Shown: in pieces, positions 1-11,279 of the stretch | How positions within the stretch are numbered: position 1 is the stretch's first letter | Layout of the letters: each line of letters starts with the position of its first letter | DNA from: Glaucostegus cemiculus | Taxonomy: Eukaryota | Length of the DNA stretch: 64,000 bases | Direction: 5' to 3' | NCBI GenBank assembly: GCA_976551045.1 | Contig: CDPCPM010000007.1 | Span: 3,658,001-3,722,000, forward strand | Position numbers and translations under genes: made by a program | The notes under the pieces: model-generated | The model's input: only the letters and a program-made list of their open reading frames with translations | Told to the model about the DNA's origin: nothing | Database searches by the model: none

Positions 1-569
1 GTATAATGCCTGTAGGTGAAGTGAATAGTTTATACTGAAGTAAGGGTTAAAATTTGTATCACACAGATTAAATTATGTTCACAAAAGTCACTTATAATAT
101 CATTTATGCCTCCAGTAAATCAGTCTGAAAGTTTCATCCCATGGACCCAGGTATTCATGATAATATTATTTAGAAGGCAGTGACAAATACCTCAAAATAC
201 TAATCTTTTCCATCAACAATGTTTGAAATATAGCCATATGTTTTTCCTCTGGGTGCACTGGTTTCCTCCCACAATGCAGAAAAAGGCTTAACAATTTCAC
301 ATGAGTTTAAGAGCTGAGAGCTTATTTTCATATCCCACAATATACACCATTCATATCATCCATTGCTCACATTTCTAAACGCATGGCATTCTGCCTATCA
401 ACTATTTCCATTGGTTTGTATGCCACCCACTGATGGCTTAGCAAGTGGAAGGATGGTATCCCAGCTAAAGCCATCAAGTATATGAAAACCCTTCTGCTCA
501 GGCACACCACAGGCTACACTACATCTACCTGTGCTGGAAGAAGAGGAGGTTCATCAAGATATGAGGGAC

Positions 570-1092
570 TCCAGGATATAAGAACAAGGAGACTGGAGCA
601 ACTGCAATAAGGTTTATGGCATCACTGACAAACATTTTGCACATGTTGTCCTCAATAGGCTCCACATCATTACAAAGAGAATGTACCCTCTGCTGCAGCG
701 CAGCTTCTGAACAGAGTGGTCAACCACCGACTTATCGTCCTGATCAGAGATTTGCTCTTTGCCAATGATGTGGTCGAGGAATGTCTCAAACACATGAGGG
801 CCTGCTTTTCCCAGGAATACCAGCATTTTCAGCTGAACTTAAGCTTGGAAAAGACCACTGTAATGAGGTAAGAGATTACAGAGACCTCTCCAGCAGCACC
901 AACAATTACAGTATACAGGTTGTTACTAAAGTTTACCTACTTAAGCTCCACCAGTATCACCAACTTCTCACTAACCCTGATATCACCTGCATATCAGGAA
1001 AGCTGTTATATGCCCTTTCCAAACTTCCAAGAAGGCTGTGGTTGAAAAACAAACTGTCTGTGTACCACATTTGTGTTATCAGCACTCTACTT
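570..1092 (+). mobile_element. RTE-clade LINE, decayed RT fragment (upstream part)
   Basis: Frameshifted translation NKGDWSNCN..KHFAHVVLNRLHIITKRMYP..STTDL and ALSKLPRRLWLKNKLSVYHICVISTLL resembles RTE ORF motifs (KGDxxxCxNYRGISLL; VYxAxVLSTLLYG). Confidence 0.7.
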
Positions 1093-1896
1093 AACCCCAC
1101 ATGTTAAGGATACAACATAAGTAGGAGTAGAATCTGGACCCTCAAGACTGCTCCACCATTCATTAAGATCAGAGCTGGCCTTCCACCTCAGTGTCATTTT
1201 CCTGCATTATCCCCATATCCCTTGATTTCTTTAATGTCCAGAAATCTAGCAATCTCTATTTTGAATGAACTCAAGTGTTTGAGTCATCACAGTTTTCTGG
1301 GGTAGAGAAATCCAAAGATTTTCCCCCATCTGAGTAAAGCAATTTCTGCTCATCTCAGTCCTAAATAACCTATTCCTTATCCTGAGACCGTAACCCCCAG
1401 TTCTAAACTCTGTAGCTTGGGGAATCATCCTCCCTGTGTCTTTAGCACCAAACCCACAAATAATTTTGTAAGTTACATTGAATCAACTTTCATTTTTTTC
1501 TAAGCACTGCTGGATTCAAATCTAATCTGCTTAATGTCTCCTCATTTGGCAGATCCACCATGTTAGTAACCACCTTGGTGTATCTTCATTGCCCTCCGTG
1601 GGCAATATATCCTTTTTTAGATAAAGAAACTAAAACTGTACACCATGCTCCAGGTACAGTCTCACCAAAGCCCTATATAATTACAGTAATTCATCTTTAC
1701 TCCTGAACTCGAATCCTCTGGCAATGAAGGCTGACATATTATTTCACTCCTAATTACTGGCTGTATCTGAATATCGGCTTTCAGTGACTTGTGTACAAAG
1801 TTGGGTTCAGTCCAACACCATTTAAGAGATGTTTTTTTTCTGTTTTGCCTCCTGAAGTGGATGACCTCACATATTTTGTCATTATATTCCCATCTG

Positions 1897-2312
1897 TGTC
1901 ACAGTGTTGATTGAAAAGCAAGCTCACAGAGAACCCAAATGTGGCACACTGGTACAAGACTGGAGTCAAGATACTTCCTCAGGACCAAACACAGGCAACA
2001 ACTGGAAGGAAATCTTGCCTCAGAGATCTGAGTAGTAATCCCAACACAAACTGAATCTTCGAGCAGGAATAGAGAACACAGGACTACTCTAGAGTAGACC
2101 ACTCTAAGAAACTAGGAGCCAAAGTATACTCAAAGGTTGACCAATACTCTGACAACTAGTGCTACCGAAACCCAGATACTTATGCTAGGCTATAAGGTAC
2201 TGATGGCGCTCAGGTCTGTGTCATTCTGCAATCAGTCCAGCATGGAATCCATGTGCTGTACAACGAGGCACCTAAGGAGCCAAATCAAGGGCCAGTACTC
2301 AGAATCACGACA
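1897..2312. mobile_element. Solo LTR (416 bp) inserted in CR1
   Basis: Begins TGTC, ends GACA; exact 5-bp TSD ATCTG at 1892-1896 and 2313-2317; CR1 sequence resumes across it. Confidence 0.75.
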
Positions 2313-2458
2313 ATCTGTTCTCACCGACTCACTCACCTTATCAAAATGCCATCAGCATCTCTTTATATTTTTTATCCTAACTCACAATCCTACCTAGTTC
2401 TGATTTATTAGCAAAGTTGGAAATATGATACTTGATTCCCCTCAGCCAAATCAATGAT

Positions 2459-2620
2459 TAAAAATATTATGTTTGCTGGAGGAACTCAGCAGGCCAGGCA
2501 GCATCCGTGGAGGAAAGCAGGCAGTTTGGGTCAATGTTTCGGGTCAGGACCCTTCCTCAGGACTGAAGATAGGGAAAGGGGAACACTGTGATTCCAGCAC
2601 CTGTAGTCCTTTATTTCTCT
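2459..2620 (-). mobile_element. Short Penelope-derived element with hammerhead-like motif
   Basis: Minus strand reads CAGTC-CTGAGGA-AGGGTCCTGACCC-GAAA-CATT-GAC (2530-2565); flanked by AGCCAAATCA(A/C)TGAT at 2444-2458 and 2621-2635. Confidence 0.7.
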
Positions 2621-4027
2621 AGCCAAATCACTGATCTGGAACATGAATATCTGGGGCCAAAACATTGATCTGTGAGGTACCCCACGAGCCTGCCGATCTG
2701 TTTATTCACATTCTTTCTTTTATGTCTGCTAACAAGTTTTCAATCCATGCCAGTATATTAGCCCTTGATTCCATGAGCTCTAATCTTGTTGACCACCTTC
2801 CTGCATGGGACCTGATCTAAAGCCTTCTGAAAACACAAATACATACATCCATTTGTTTCTACCAGCCATATCCTCTAAAAACTGCAATAGACCAGTCAAA
2901 TATTATTTGTTTTTTTTGTGTAAATTCAGGGTATCTCTGCTCCATCCTATTATTCTTTCCTAAGTGACCTGTTATGATATCTTTTATTATAGATTCCTGC
3001 AATTTGACTATTACTGATGTTAAGTGAACAGATCTATAGTTCCCTGTTTTCTCTCTTCCTTCTTTCTTAAATATTGCTGTAGGAACCATTCCAAAACCTA
3101 TAGAATTTCGAAAGATAGTAACCAATGCAGCACTAAATCCATAGCCAGCTCTTTCACAACTCTGCAATGCAGATCATTGTATCCTTGGTATATATCAGCT
3201 TTCAATCTCACCAACTTTTCTTATATTTATTTCTGAAACAAAACTAATTCCTTTGGCTCTTCATTTTTGCTAGACCCTTGGTTATCTCCTATTTCAGGCA
3301 GATTTTATGTGTCTTCATCTGTGAAGGCTGGCCTGAAGTAGTTACTTAATTTCTCTGGCATTTCCTTATTCCCCATTACAAATTCTCTCACCTCTTTCTG
3401 TAAGGAACCCACATTTGCCCACAGTAGTCTTTTCCTTTTTACATACCTGTGGGAGCTTTTATAGTCTGTTTTTATGTTTCTCACAACTTTAATCTCATAT
3501 TCCATTGATGTTTTCCTAATCAATTTCTTAGTACTCTTTTGTTGAATTCTAAACTGCTTCCAATCCTCAGGTCTACTGCTAGTGCTGGCAACTTTACAAC
3601 CCTCTTCCTTTGATTTATTACTATATTTAGTTTCCCATGTCAGCACAGGCAAACCACTTACCTGTTGAGCTATTTTTTGCCTTAAAAAGGTTTTCTTTAA
3701 CAAATATTATTCTCTAAAGGTAATGTCTTTCCACCATCATACTTTAAATTTAGTTTCCTAATCAACCATAGCCAATTTGACCCTCATGCATTCATGATTT
3801 CCTTTGCTTATACTTAAAACCCAGATCTTGGATTAAACTATGCCACCTTGCAACTCAATGTAAAATTCTATCACTCCTCCCTAATGACCTCTTTATAATA
3901 AGATTATTAATTAATGTTTTCTCATTACACAATATGAGATTGAGAATAGCATTTTCCTTGTTAGCATGTTAACATAATGATCTAGAAACCTTCCTTGTAT
4001 ACATTCCAATAATTTGTCCTCTGCCTG

Positions 4028-4500
4028 ATAACTGTGAGACCTGGACTCGGTACTCCATTCAAGAGAAAAGACTAAACGGCATTCATCCATGCTCATGATG
4101 CATTCTGAACATACTTTGGAAGGATTGAGTCACAAATCCTAATACTTTGGATCATGCACAGATCCATAGCATACACACACTCCTCTGGCAACAATGCATC
4201 TGATGGCATGTGCATATACACTCCATGAATGATGGGACGATGCCCAAAGACACTTTCTGTGCAGAACTAGGCTCAGTGAAAAGACAAATTTGCCATTCAC
4301 CAAAGACATTTGTAACGTGCTGGGTTTTGATGCGAGCAGCTAAGAGACAGCTTGTAGGACTGCGGTCAGTTGAACCACAGACTCAGCAAAAATAGTGAAG
4401 AGAAGCAAACACAATGTCCAGAACAAATAGTGCATGGACATGGCTAAGTCCACCTTCAAGAGCACAGACTGTTAATCCTGTGTAGGCATGCACAGGCATA
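4028..4500 (+). mobile_element. RTE-clade LINE, downstream part of the element at 570-1092
   Basis: CETWTRY..QEKRLNGIH..ILNILWKD..HIHSMNDGTMPKDTFCAELG resembles the RTE C-terminal motifs ETWT, ILxIxWxD and RMxDxRxPK. Confidence 0.7.
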
Positions 4501-4559
4501 GATGACAGTGTCCTCCGGGAGATTAAAGGCAGTATCTAGAACATTAATCCATAATCATT

Positions 4560-6020
4560 TTTCACTCCACCTGCTTTCACATTCAATGGATCATCCTTCA
4601 AAATTTCCAACACCTTCAATGACACTTCACCATCATACACAACTGTTCTTACCTTCCCCTTTCACTATCCCTTCTCAATCCCCGGGTCCAGTATTCACCT
4701 ATGAATCACTGCCTTCTCACAACATTTTCTCAGGAGATGCCACACCTGTCCCTCCACCTCTTCCCTTCCCACCTTCCAGGGACTCAAATGGTCTTTCCAG
4801 TTGAAGGAAGAGTTCACTTGCACTTCGTCCAATCCAGTGTGCTGCATTCAGTGCTCACAATGTGGTCCCCTCTTCACTGAGGGAACCAAATGCGGATTGG
4901 GGACAGCTTTGCAGAGCACCTGCATTCAGTCATCGGGGCTGATCCTGCGCTTCCGGTTGCCTATAACTTTAATTCTCCACCCCACTCCCACTCTGACCTA
5001 TCAGTGGCAAGCTGCACCATTATCACAAGGCCAGATGCAATCTTGAGGAACAGCATCACCTTGTATCTGGGTGCACTTCAGCCTTTCAGATTCAATATCA
5101 AATTCAACATTTTCAGGTAACCCGCTTTGTCTCTCTTTGTCTGAAGTGGCCATTTCTGCTGTCAACCCCACTATCTGTAATGTGGACAGGTTTCCTCTCC
5201 CCACCAGCATGGCTTTACCCACTAAGGAATTCCTACAGCCCTGTATTTCACAGCTTGTAAATGTTCTTTTGCTTGTGTTCTCTCTCTCAAACTCCTACCT
5301 GATTTAACCCCATCAATCTGTCTGTTTTATATGTACTGGTCCTGAACAACACTGGTAGGAGTGGACAACACACAGTTCTTGGGAAGACAAAGTTCCACTT
5401 TCAATGATAGGAATGGCACAGTGGTGTAGCGGTTAGTGTAATGCTATTACAGCGCCAGTGACCCCCCATTTAATTCTGGCCACTGTCTCTAAGGAGTTTG
5501 TACGTTCTCCCCGCACCTGTGTGGGTTTCCTCCGGATGCTCCGGTTTCCTCCCACATTCCCAAGACGTACAGATTAGGAGCTGTGGGCATGCTATGTTGA
5601 TGACGGAAGAGTGGCGACACTCGCGGGCTGCCTCCAGAACATTCTCAGTAATGCAAAAAAGTGCATTTCACTGTATGTTTTGATGTATATGTGACTAATA
5701 GATAAATATCTTAAAGGTACCTCAAAGTGCTCATCAATCTATCAACCAAATGGCTTCACCAACAGCTTATCACCACGGCAATCCTATCCTAACCCCATCA
5801 GGAATATCTCATTTGTTCTCTCCATTTGTCCCCCACCCCTTTGCAACTTCAAACTAACTTGCTTTCTCTCTTTCCCAGTTCTGATGAGGATCTTCAAACT
5901 CAAGCATGAACTCTGTGTCACCTTCCACAGATGCTGCCTGATCTTCTGAGTGTTGCCAGCATTTTCAGTTTTTACTTCAGATTTCCAGCAGCTACAGTTT
6001 TATTTTTGATTTACACCTCC
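4560..6020 (+). mobile_element. Penelope-like element 3' part: GIY-YIG endonuclease relic, 3' UTR and hammerhead-like terminal repeat
   Basis: FTCTSSNPVCCIQCSQCG..DSFAEHLHSV..LPVAYNFNSPPHSHSDLSV..LGALQP..NIKFNIFR (4801-5120); AGTT-CTGATGA at 5877-5887 followed by the family tail. Confidence 0.8.
5415..5712 (+). mobile_element. tRNA-derived V-SINE (HE1-like)
   Basis: A-box-like TGGTGTAGCGGTTAG head and V-domain core GGGTTTCCTCCGGATGCTCCGGTTTCCTCCCACA; several related copies in the window. Confidence 0.85.
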
Positions 6021-6239
6021 GAGATTGAAACTGGGCATATTTTAGAACCAGATGAGAGAGAAGAGAACGCATGTGATAAGATGCTGGACACATGTATGTA
6101 GCACCCAGACTGGAGAAGGCATATGTGTCAGTTCACCAGAGGTTGAAGTGGAAGATGTGTGGACTCTGGTCAATTAGGCTACTGCAGCGGGGTGGTTCCA
6201 TCTACTTATTCCTTTACTTTACATTGCACTTGCTGTTCA

Positions 6240-7010
6240 GACTCCTCAACATCTTACCTCATGGAGGCTGCTCCTCCACAGTAACCAAGTTCAGCAGCAT
6301 GCAGCACATTCCCACAAATCTTGGCACCTGCTCAAACCCAGGGCTGCCTTTGAAGCAGAGCAGAGAAGGGAAACATCGCACGGCAATGCTGACAGTGTGA
6401 TCTGCAAGGTTCTTTGTGACAACACACCTATCTCTGTATGGCCGATGAGCAAGAACTCCACGCTAGAACCCTGAGCCGTATCATCAGTAAATAACCACTG
6501 CCACTGAGACTCTAACTTCCGTGATTAATCAAATGCAGCTCGTCCTGTGACAGAGTGAAAGCAGCATAACTCTTGCCAGGATACCACCATGAACCAGCTG
6601 GTTGAGTTTGCACAGTGGCATTCGGTTCATGAAAATGAAAGCCGATACATTTGCAGTCAATAACACCCTGTGTTGAGGGGAGCGTGCAATACCTTCCCCT
6701 GGTCTGACAAGGGGATAAGATGCACCACCCCCTCTTTGCATAAACCTTTGACACCTCCCTTACACAGCAGGGCACAGCAAGATGCTTGTATCTCCAGCAA
6801 ATTCTTGGAGGAGTAATTTAGTCAAGCTGCTTCCCAGACTTAAGTTACAGATTTTGCTTCATCATTTGGCAGATTACAAGCACAATCACTGCTATGAAGC
6901 AGGTGTTATTTGTCCAGAAATCCAGCTTGGAACTCTATTCTCTGAAGATCCTTTGCACCATTGGAAGGCATTGTCCTCTGCTGAGAGCTTGTTGCACTCC
7001 TCTCCTTATC
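6240..7010 (-). mobile_element. PIF/Harbinger transposase relic
   Basis: Frameshifted pieces in expected order: AGDTSI..CCVREVSKVYAKR, LPSTQGVIDC, YPGKSYAAFTLSQ, VPRFVGMCCMLLNL (compare GAIDCTH, YPGSxHD, CCMLHN). Confidence 0.7.
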
Positions 7011-7184
7011 CTCCCACTTGCAGCACCTGTCTGTCTCTGCGTGATCTCTATGGATTCTTCTGGTCATCAGTTCAACGGGAGGTTTACCAAACCATTCTTT
7101 TTCTGGAAGAAATTTATTTCTGCACAAACTTGTAAAGAAACAAAAACTTCAGCAACACCAGATAGATTGCGCCTGGTAGACTAT

Positions 7185-7625
7185 TCATTAGTATTGGTAT
7201 TGGTTTATTATTGTCAATTGAACTGTGAAAAGCTTGTCTTGCATACCGTTCGTACAGATCAATTCATTACACAGTGCATTGAGCTAGTAGGGAGTAAAAC
7301 CAACAGCAGAACATAGACTAAAGTATCACAGCTACAGGGAAGTGCATTGCAAGTAGATAATAAGGTGCAAGGTCATAACAAGGTAGATTGTGAGGCCAAA
7401 AGTCCATCTCATCCTGTAAGGGAACCGTTCAATCGTCTTATCATTATGGGATAGAAGCTGTCCTTAAGCCTGGTGAAATGTGCCCTCAGGGTCCTATATC
7501 TTCAGCCTGATGGGAGATGAGAGAATAACCCAGGTGGGTGGGGGTCATTGATTATGCTGACTTCTTCACCAAGGCAGTGAGAGGTATAGATCTAGTCCAT
7601 GGAGGGGAGACTGGTTTCCATGATG
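7185..7625 (-). mobile_element. Rex1/Babar LINE 3' end
   Basis: Reverse complement of the same 3' ORF end and UTR seen at 19400-19835. Confidence 0.75.
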
Positions 7626-8029
7626 TAAGGAAAAATTAAAAAGCACACAAAACTATATTAGCAGTCACAAGAAATTATCTACCAACTAACTCAGATTGAG
7701 GCTGTGATCCACTTGAGTCTCACTAGAAGGAGTGGTCTTTAATTCTGTTCAGCAATACAAGGTCGAAAACAGCAGCGCTGACCTCAAATCAGCATATCAA
7801 ATGAATCAATGTCATGAACTGCCTGATCTGCAAGCTGTCAGCAGTTGTTAGAGATGCAGAGAGAAACGCATTGCCCACTGAAAGGGTGTGGGTCAAACTC
7901 AAGCCCCATTCTTGCTGTTAATGGAGAATCAGCCCAAGTTTCTGGAGAGGGCATTGAACACAGAGCCTTCAGTTTTTAGGGTAAACGTGTGACTAATTAG
8001 GGGCCAGCTGATATTAAGGGTTTTTGGGT

Positions 8030-8660
8030 AACCATGGGCAAAAGCAAATTAAGTAAAAGACAAACTGAGCCACGAGACAGAATTCTAAAATAAGTCTAAG
8101 AGAGTTGTTAAAACCTGCAAAGGATACTAAAAAAAAATGAGAAAGGTAAAAGTAAACATTGAAGCACCTTTTGGGTGTATCAAAACTGAATGGTATGTTG
8201 TGGTTTATAGAACAGTAGTGGCACAAGAAATTGTAAAAAGATAATGTGGAGAACAATATAAATTAGAATAAACACATCTGCAGGATTTTATAGTTGCTAT
8301 GTTGAAAGATAAAGAAATTTGTGGAAGCATTCAATATAATTTTCCAAGTTTCTCTGGACTTGGGAATTTGCCTTTCTTATTGGAAAACTGTGAATGTCAC
8401 TCTGTTATTCAAGACAAATAGAAGGGAAAAGAATATGAATCAACAGATGAGTTAATTTAACATGAGTTGTGTGGAGGTTACCGTGAATATGGGGTGATAA
8501 AAATGAATCCGTATGAGTTTGTGAAGGATAGGTCATGTCCAACAAACCTCATTGATTTATTTTGTGAAGGAGTTCACTGTCACGGTCTAAAGGGAAGTCT
8601 GCATGAACGTTTTTAATATAAACCAAGAATGTTTTTGATAAAGCTTAGCATGTGGTTATT
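8030..8660 (+). mobile_element. Old CR1 fragment
   Basis: Decayed AATGTCACTCTGTTATTCAAG and GAGTTTGTGAAGGATAGGTCATGTCCAACAAACCTCATT (GFxKGRSCxTNL-like). Confidence 0.55.
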
Positions 8661-8804
8661 GGTTCAAATAAAACTCCACCAAACTGTAGGTTACCTGGTG
8701 ACATGTGTTAATATTTAGTTTGGAAGAAAGGAATGTGCTATCAAGATGTTCACTCAGGAATCTGTACAAGGGCCACAGGCAGAATTTAAATACAGACATA
8801 CAGT

Positions 8805-9005
8805 ATATCAGAATCAGATTTATTGTCACTGACATATAACATGACATTTATTGTTTTGTGGCAGCAATACAGTGCACAGACATAAGAATCTATAAATCAC
8901 AAAAATAAGTAATTAGTGCAAAAAAAGGAATAGTGAGGTTGTGTTCATGGATCGTTCGGAAATCTGATGGCAGAGAGGGCAAAGCCGTTCCTGAATTGTT
9001 AAGTA
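8805..9005 (-). mobile_element. Rex1/Babar 3' tail
   Basis: ATCAGAATCAGATTTATTGTCACTGACATAT is the reverse complement of the tail at about 26740-26770. Confidence 0.65.
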
Positions 9006-9449
9006 TGAGTCAAACACATTTTGGGTACCTCAGTATTCTAACAGAGGTGGTTCCTAATCTTTCCAGCTCAGAGAGATCATCGTCAAGGGAAGGAGGGTGT
9101 AGATTAATATCTAGAGGAAAGGTCGTAATCAACAGAAATCCATTTTAAGAACATGTTAAAATATTTTTAAACTTCTTCCTCCCTGGATGGAGAGTGACAA
9201 AACTCAGTCCCTGCCTCAACGAAAACTTAAACTAATACAGTTTCAAAATCTCTCCCCTCAAGGAAGCAAGATGTCCTCTTATTCAAAGTTTCACATCTTC
9301 TAACATTCTCTTAACTGGGCCACGATTATTCTTTTTTTACTTAGAATCACAAAATTGCACATCACAGAAAGAGACTGTAGTACCACAGTAACATATCATC
9401 TGAAGACTCTACATTACAGGAATCAATGTACGGTAATAGTTTAGTTTAA

Positions 9450-9987
9450 AATCAAAGAATTGTACAGCACAGAAATGGCCTTCTTGGTCCAACTTTTCCA
9501 TGCCAACCATAAAGCCTATCTATGTAAATCCCATTCTCCAGCATTAGATCTGTGCCCTTTGATCTTTTCCTATCCAGGTACCTGTCCAACCACCTTTTAA
9601 ATGTTGTAAATGTTATTGCCTCTACCACTTCCTCTGGCAGCTCATTCCATATAGCCACCACTCTCTGTGTGACAAAACTTACCCCTCAGGTCTCCTTTAG
9701 ACACCCACATCCTAGGGAAAAGACTCTGACTATCTACCCGATCTATGCTGCTCAAAAGTTTCTGAACATCTGTAAGGTCACCTCTCAGCTTCCTATGTGA
9801 GAATAAACCCGGTCTATCCAATCACTCCCTAAAGATTCCAGGCAACATCTTGGTGAATCTCTTCCACACTCTTTCTAAGGCTACCACACCCTTCCTGTGG
9901 GTTGGTAACCAGAACTGTACACAATACTCCAAGTGCAGCCTGACCAATGTTTCATACTCTTGCAACATGACATCCCAACTCTTGTAC
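9450..9987 (-). mobile_element. CR1 LINE 3' end
   Basis: VAIWNELPEEVVEA..TFKRWLDRYL on the minus strand, plus CR1 tail. Confidence 0.85.
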
Positions 9988-10305
9988 CAGCAGCTCTTAC
10001 CTGCAGCACCTGGAAGGACAAGATAACTGGAAATCTTGCTGATTTTGTCACGTAACTATCAAGTTCTCATTTATGACCCATCACCAAGATTTTAATAGGC
10101 ATCTAAATACATTCCTATAATTCAATACTGGAGGGGAGTTTGGAAGTCTGGCGACACTTGATACAGAATCAGTTTTCACCCTAAACTTGCTGATTTTCAG
10201 GCTGACATGTGTTTGGACACAAACCACACCAAGAATCAAAGCCCATTTCATTATAGGCATGAAGTGGTTGAATACAGTGACTTAGACCGAAGGGTTAACT
10301 TGCTG

Positions 10306-10993
10306 TATTGTGGAGGACTGTGGCTGTCACGTGACAGCACTGTCCACCACCTGGTCAGAAGGCACACCACTGCAAATCAAGGTTTGGTTTGGTTTGGTTC
10401 GGTTCGGTTCGGTTCGGTTCGGTTCGGTTCGGCTCGGCTCGGCTCGGCTCGGCTCGGCCCGGCCCGGTCCACCCATCAGTGCACAACCGACTATTGGTCC
10501 CTTTAAGTGCTTTTGTACTTGGCTTTGGGCTATTGGCCTTTATAAATTACCTGGGCTGGACCCCAACCCTGTAAAAGGCACCATGTGTGCTCAGTTTACT
10601 CTCTTTGCCATCTTTGAGGGGCCACCCTGCTTCACTCCAGACCAAGGACTGTGGAATGGTACTGGAGAAATTGATGGTATGTGTGCACTGTTAAAAAGTT
10701 GGGAATGTTTTAGTGTCCCTAGTTGCATAGAGCTGTGCCTGCACTGAGTCAAGGGGTGGTGGCTATTGTATTGTTTTTCCTTGATTGTATGTACCCACTT
10801 CATTGTGTGTGTGCTTTATCCCCAGTGTGATTTTTCCCATGGTTGCTATAAGCTGATCACATGTGTGGGTGTCCGTGTGTTATTCCTGTTATATTTTCCC
10901 ATGTTTCTCCCTTGTAAATAAAAACTTCCTGCCAGATTGTGTTCAGAGTCCTTGCTTTTGAGATCCTCCAAATCTCTCTTCTCACTCACAACA
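10306..10993 (+). mobile_element. Probable solo LTR containing a pentamer microsatellite
   Basis: Ends CACAACA; start TATTGTG is one mismatch from its reverse complement; TATAAAT at 10541 and AATAAA at about 10917; no clean TSD. Confidence 0.45.
10381..10470. repeat. Compound pentamer microsatellite (GGTTT)3(GGTTC)7(GGCTC)5(GGCCC)2GGTCC
   Basis: Read directly; 18 units of 5 bp. Confidence 0.97.
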
Positions 10994-11279
10994 CATGCCT
11001 ATTATAAAACATATTGTATTATAATATGCATACATTATAAATAATATCATTATATCTATTAAACATAATACATATTATGCATTAAACAAATTGAACCTGT
11101 TTTTTGTCATTGCTAATAATCTCTGAAATAAGCAGTCTACCGAAATGTTACTTTGGGGGTGATCCCAGGAGCCTGTAAGAACACAACTATTAATGGAACA
11201 TGGCAGCCAGGGATGTGAATAAGGACAGAACCACACTGCTGGATGTAACCTATTGGGATATGATGATGGATAATTATGT

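Larger units (their letters stand above)
1110..4022 (-). mobile_element. CR1-clade LINE, about 2.9 kb decayed, interrupted by a solo LTR and a short repeat
   Basis: Minus-strand ORF pieces IFKKEGREKTGNYRSVHLTSVIVKLQESIIKD, YVKRKRL..VGSLQ..EFVMGNKEM and GYGLRIRNRLFRTEMSRNCFTQ; CR1 3' tail at about 1110-1260. Confidence 0.85.

Noticed and set aside
5415-5490. tRNA gene
   Set aside because: tRNA-like A and B boxes run into the V-SINE core and tail, and no complete cloverleaf is evident; the same holds for the other copies.
10207-10747. ORFs with GSVRF/GSARL repeats
   Set aside because: They are translations of the pentamer microsatellite.
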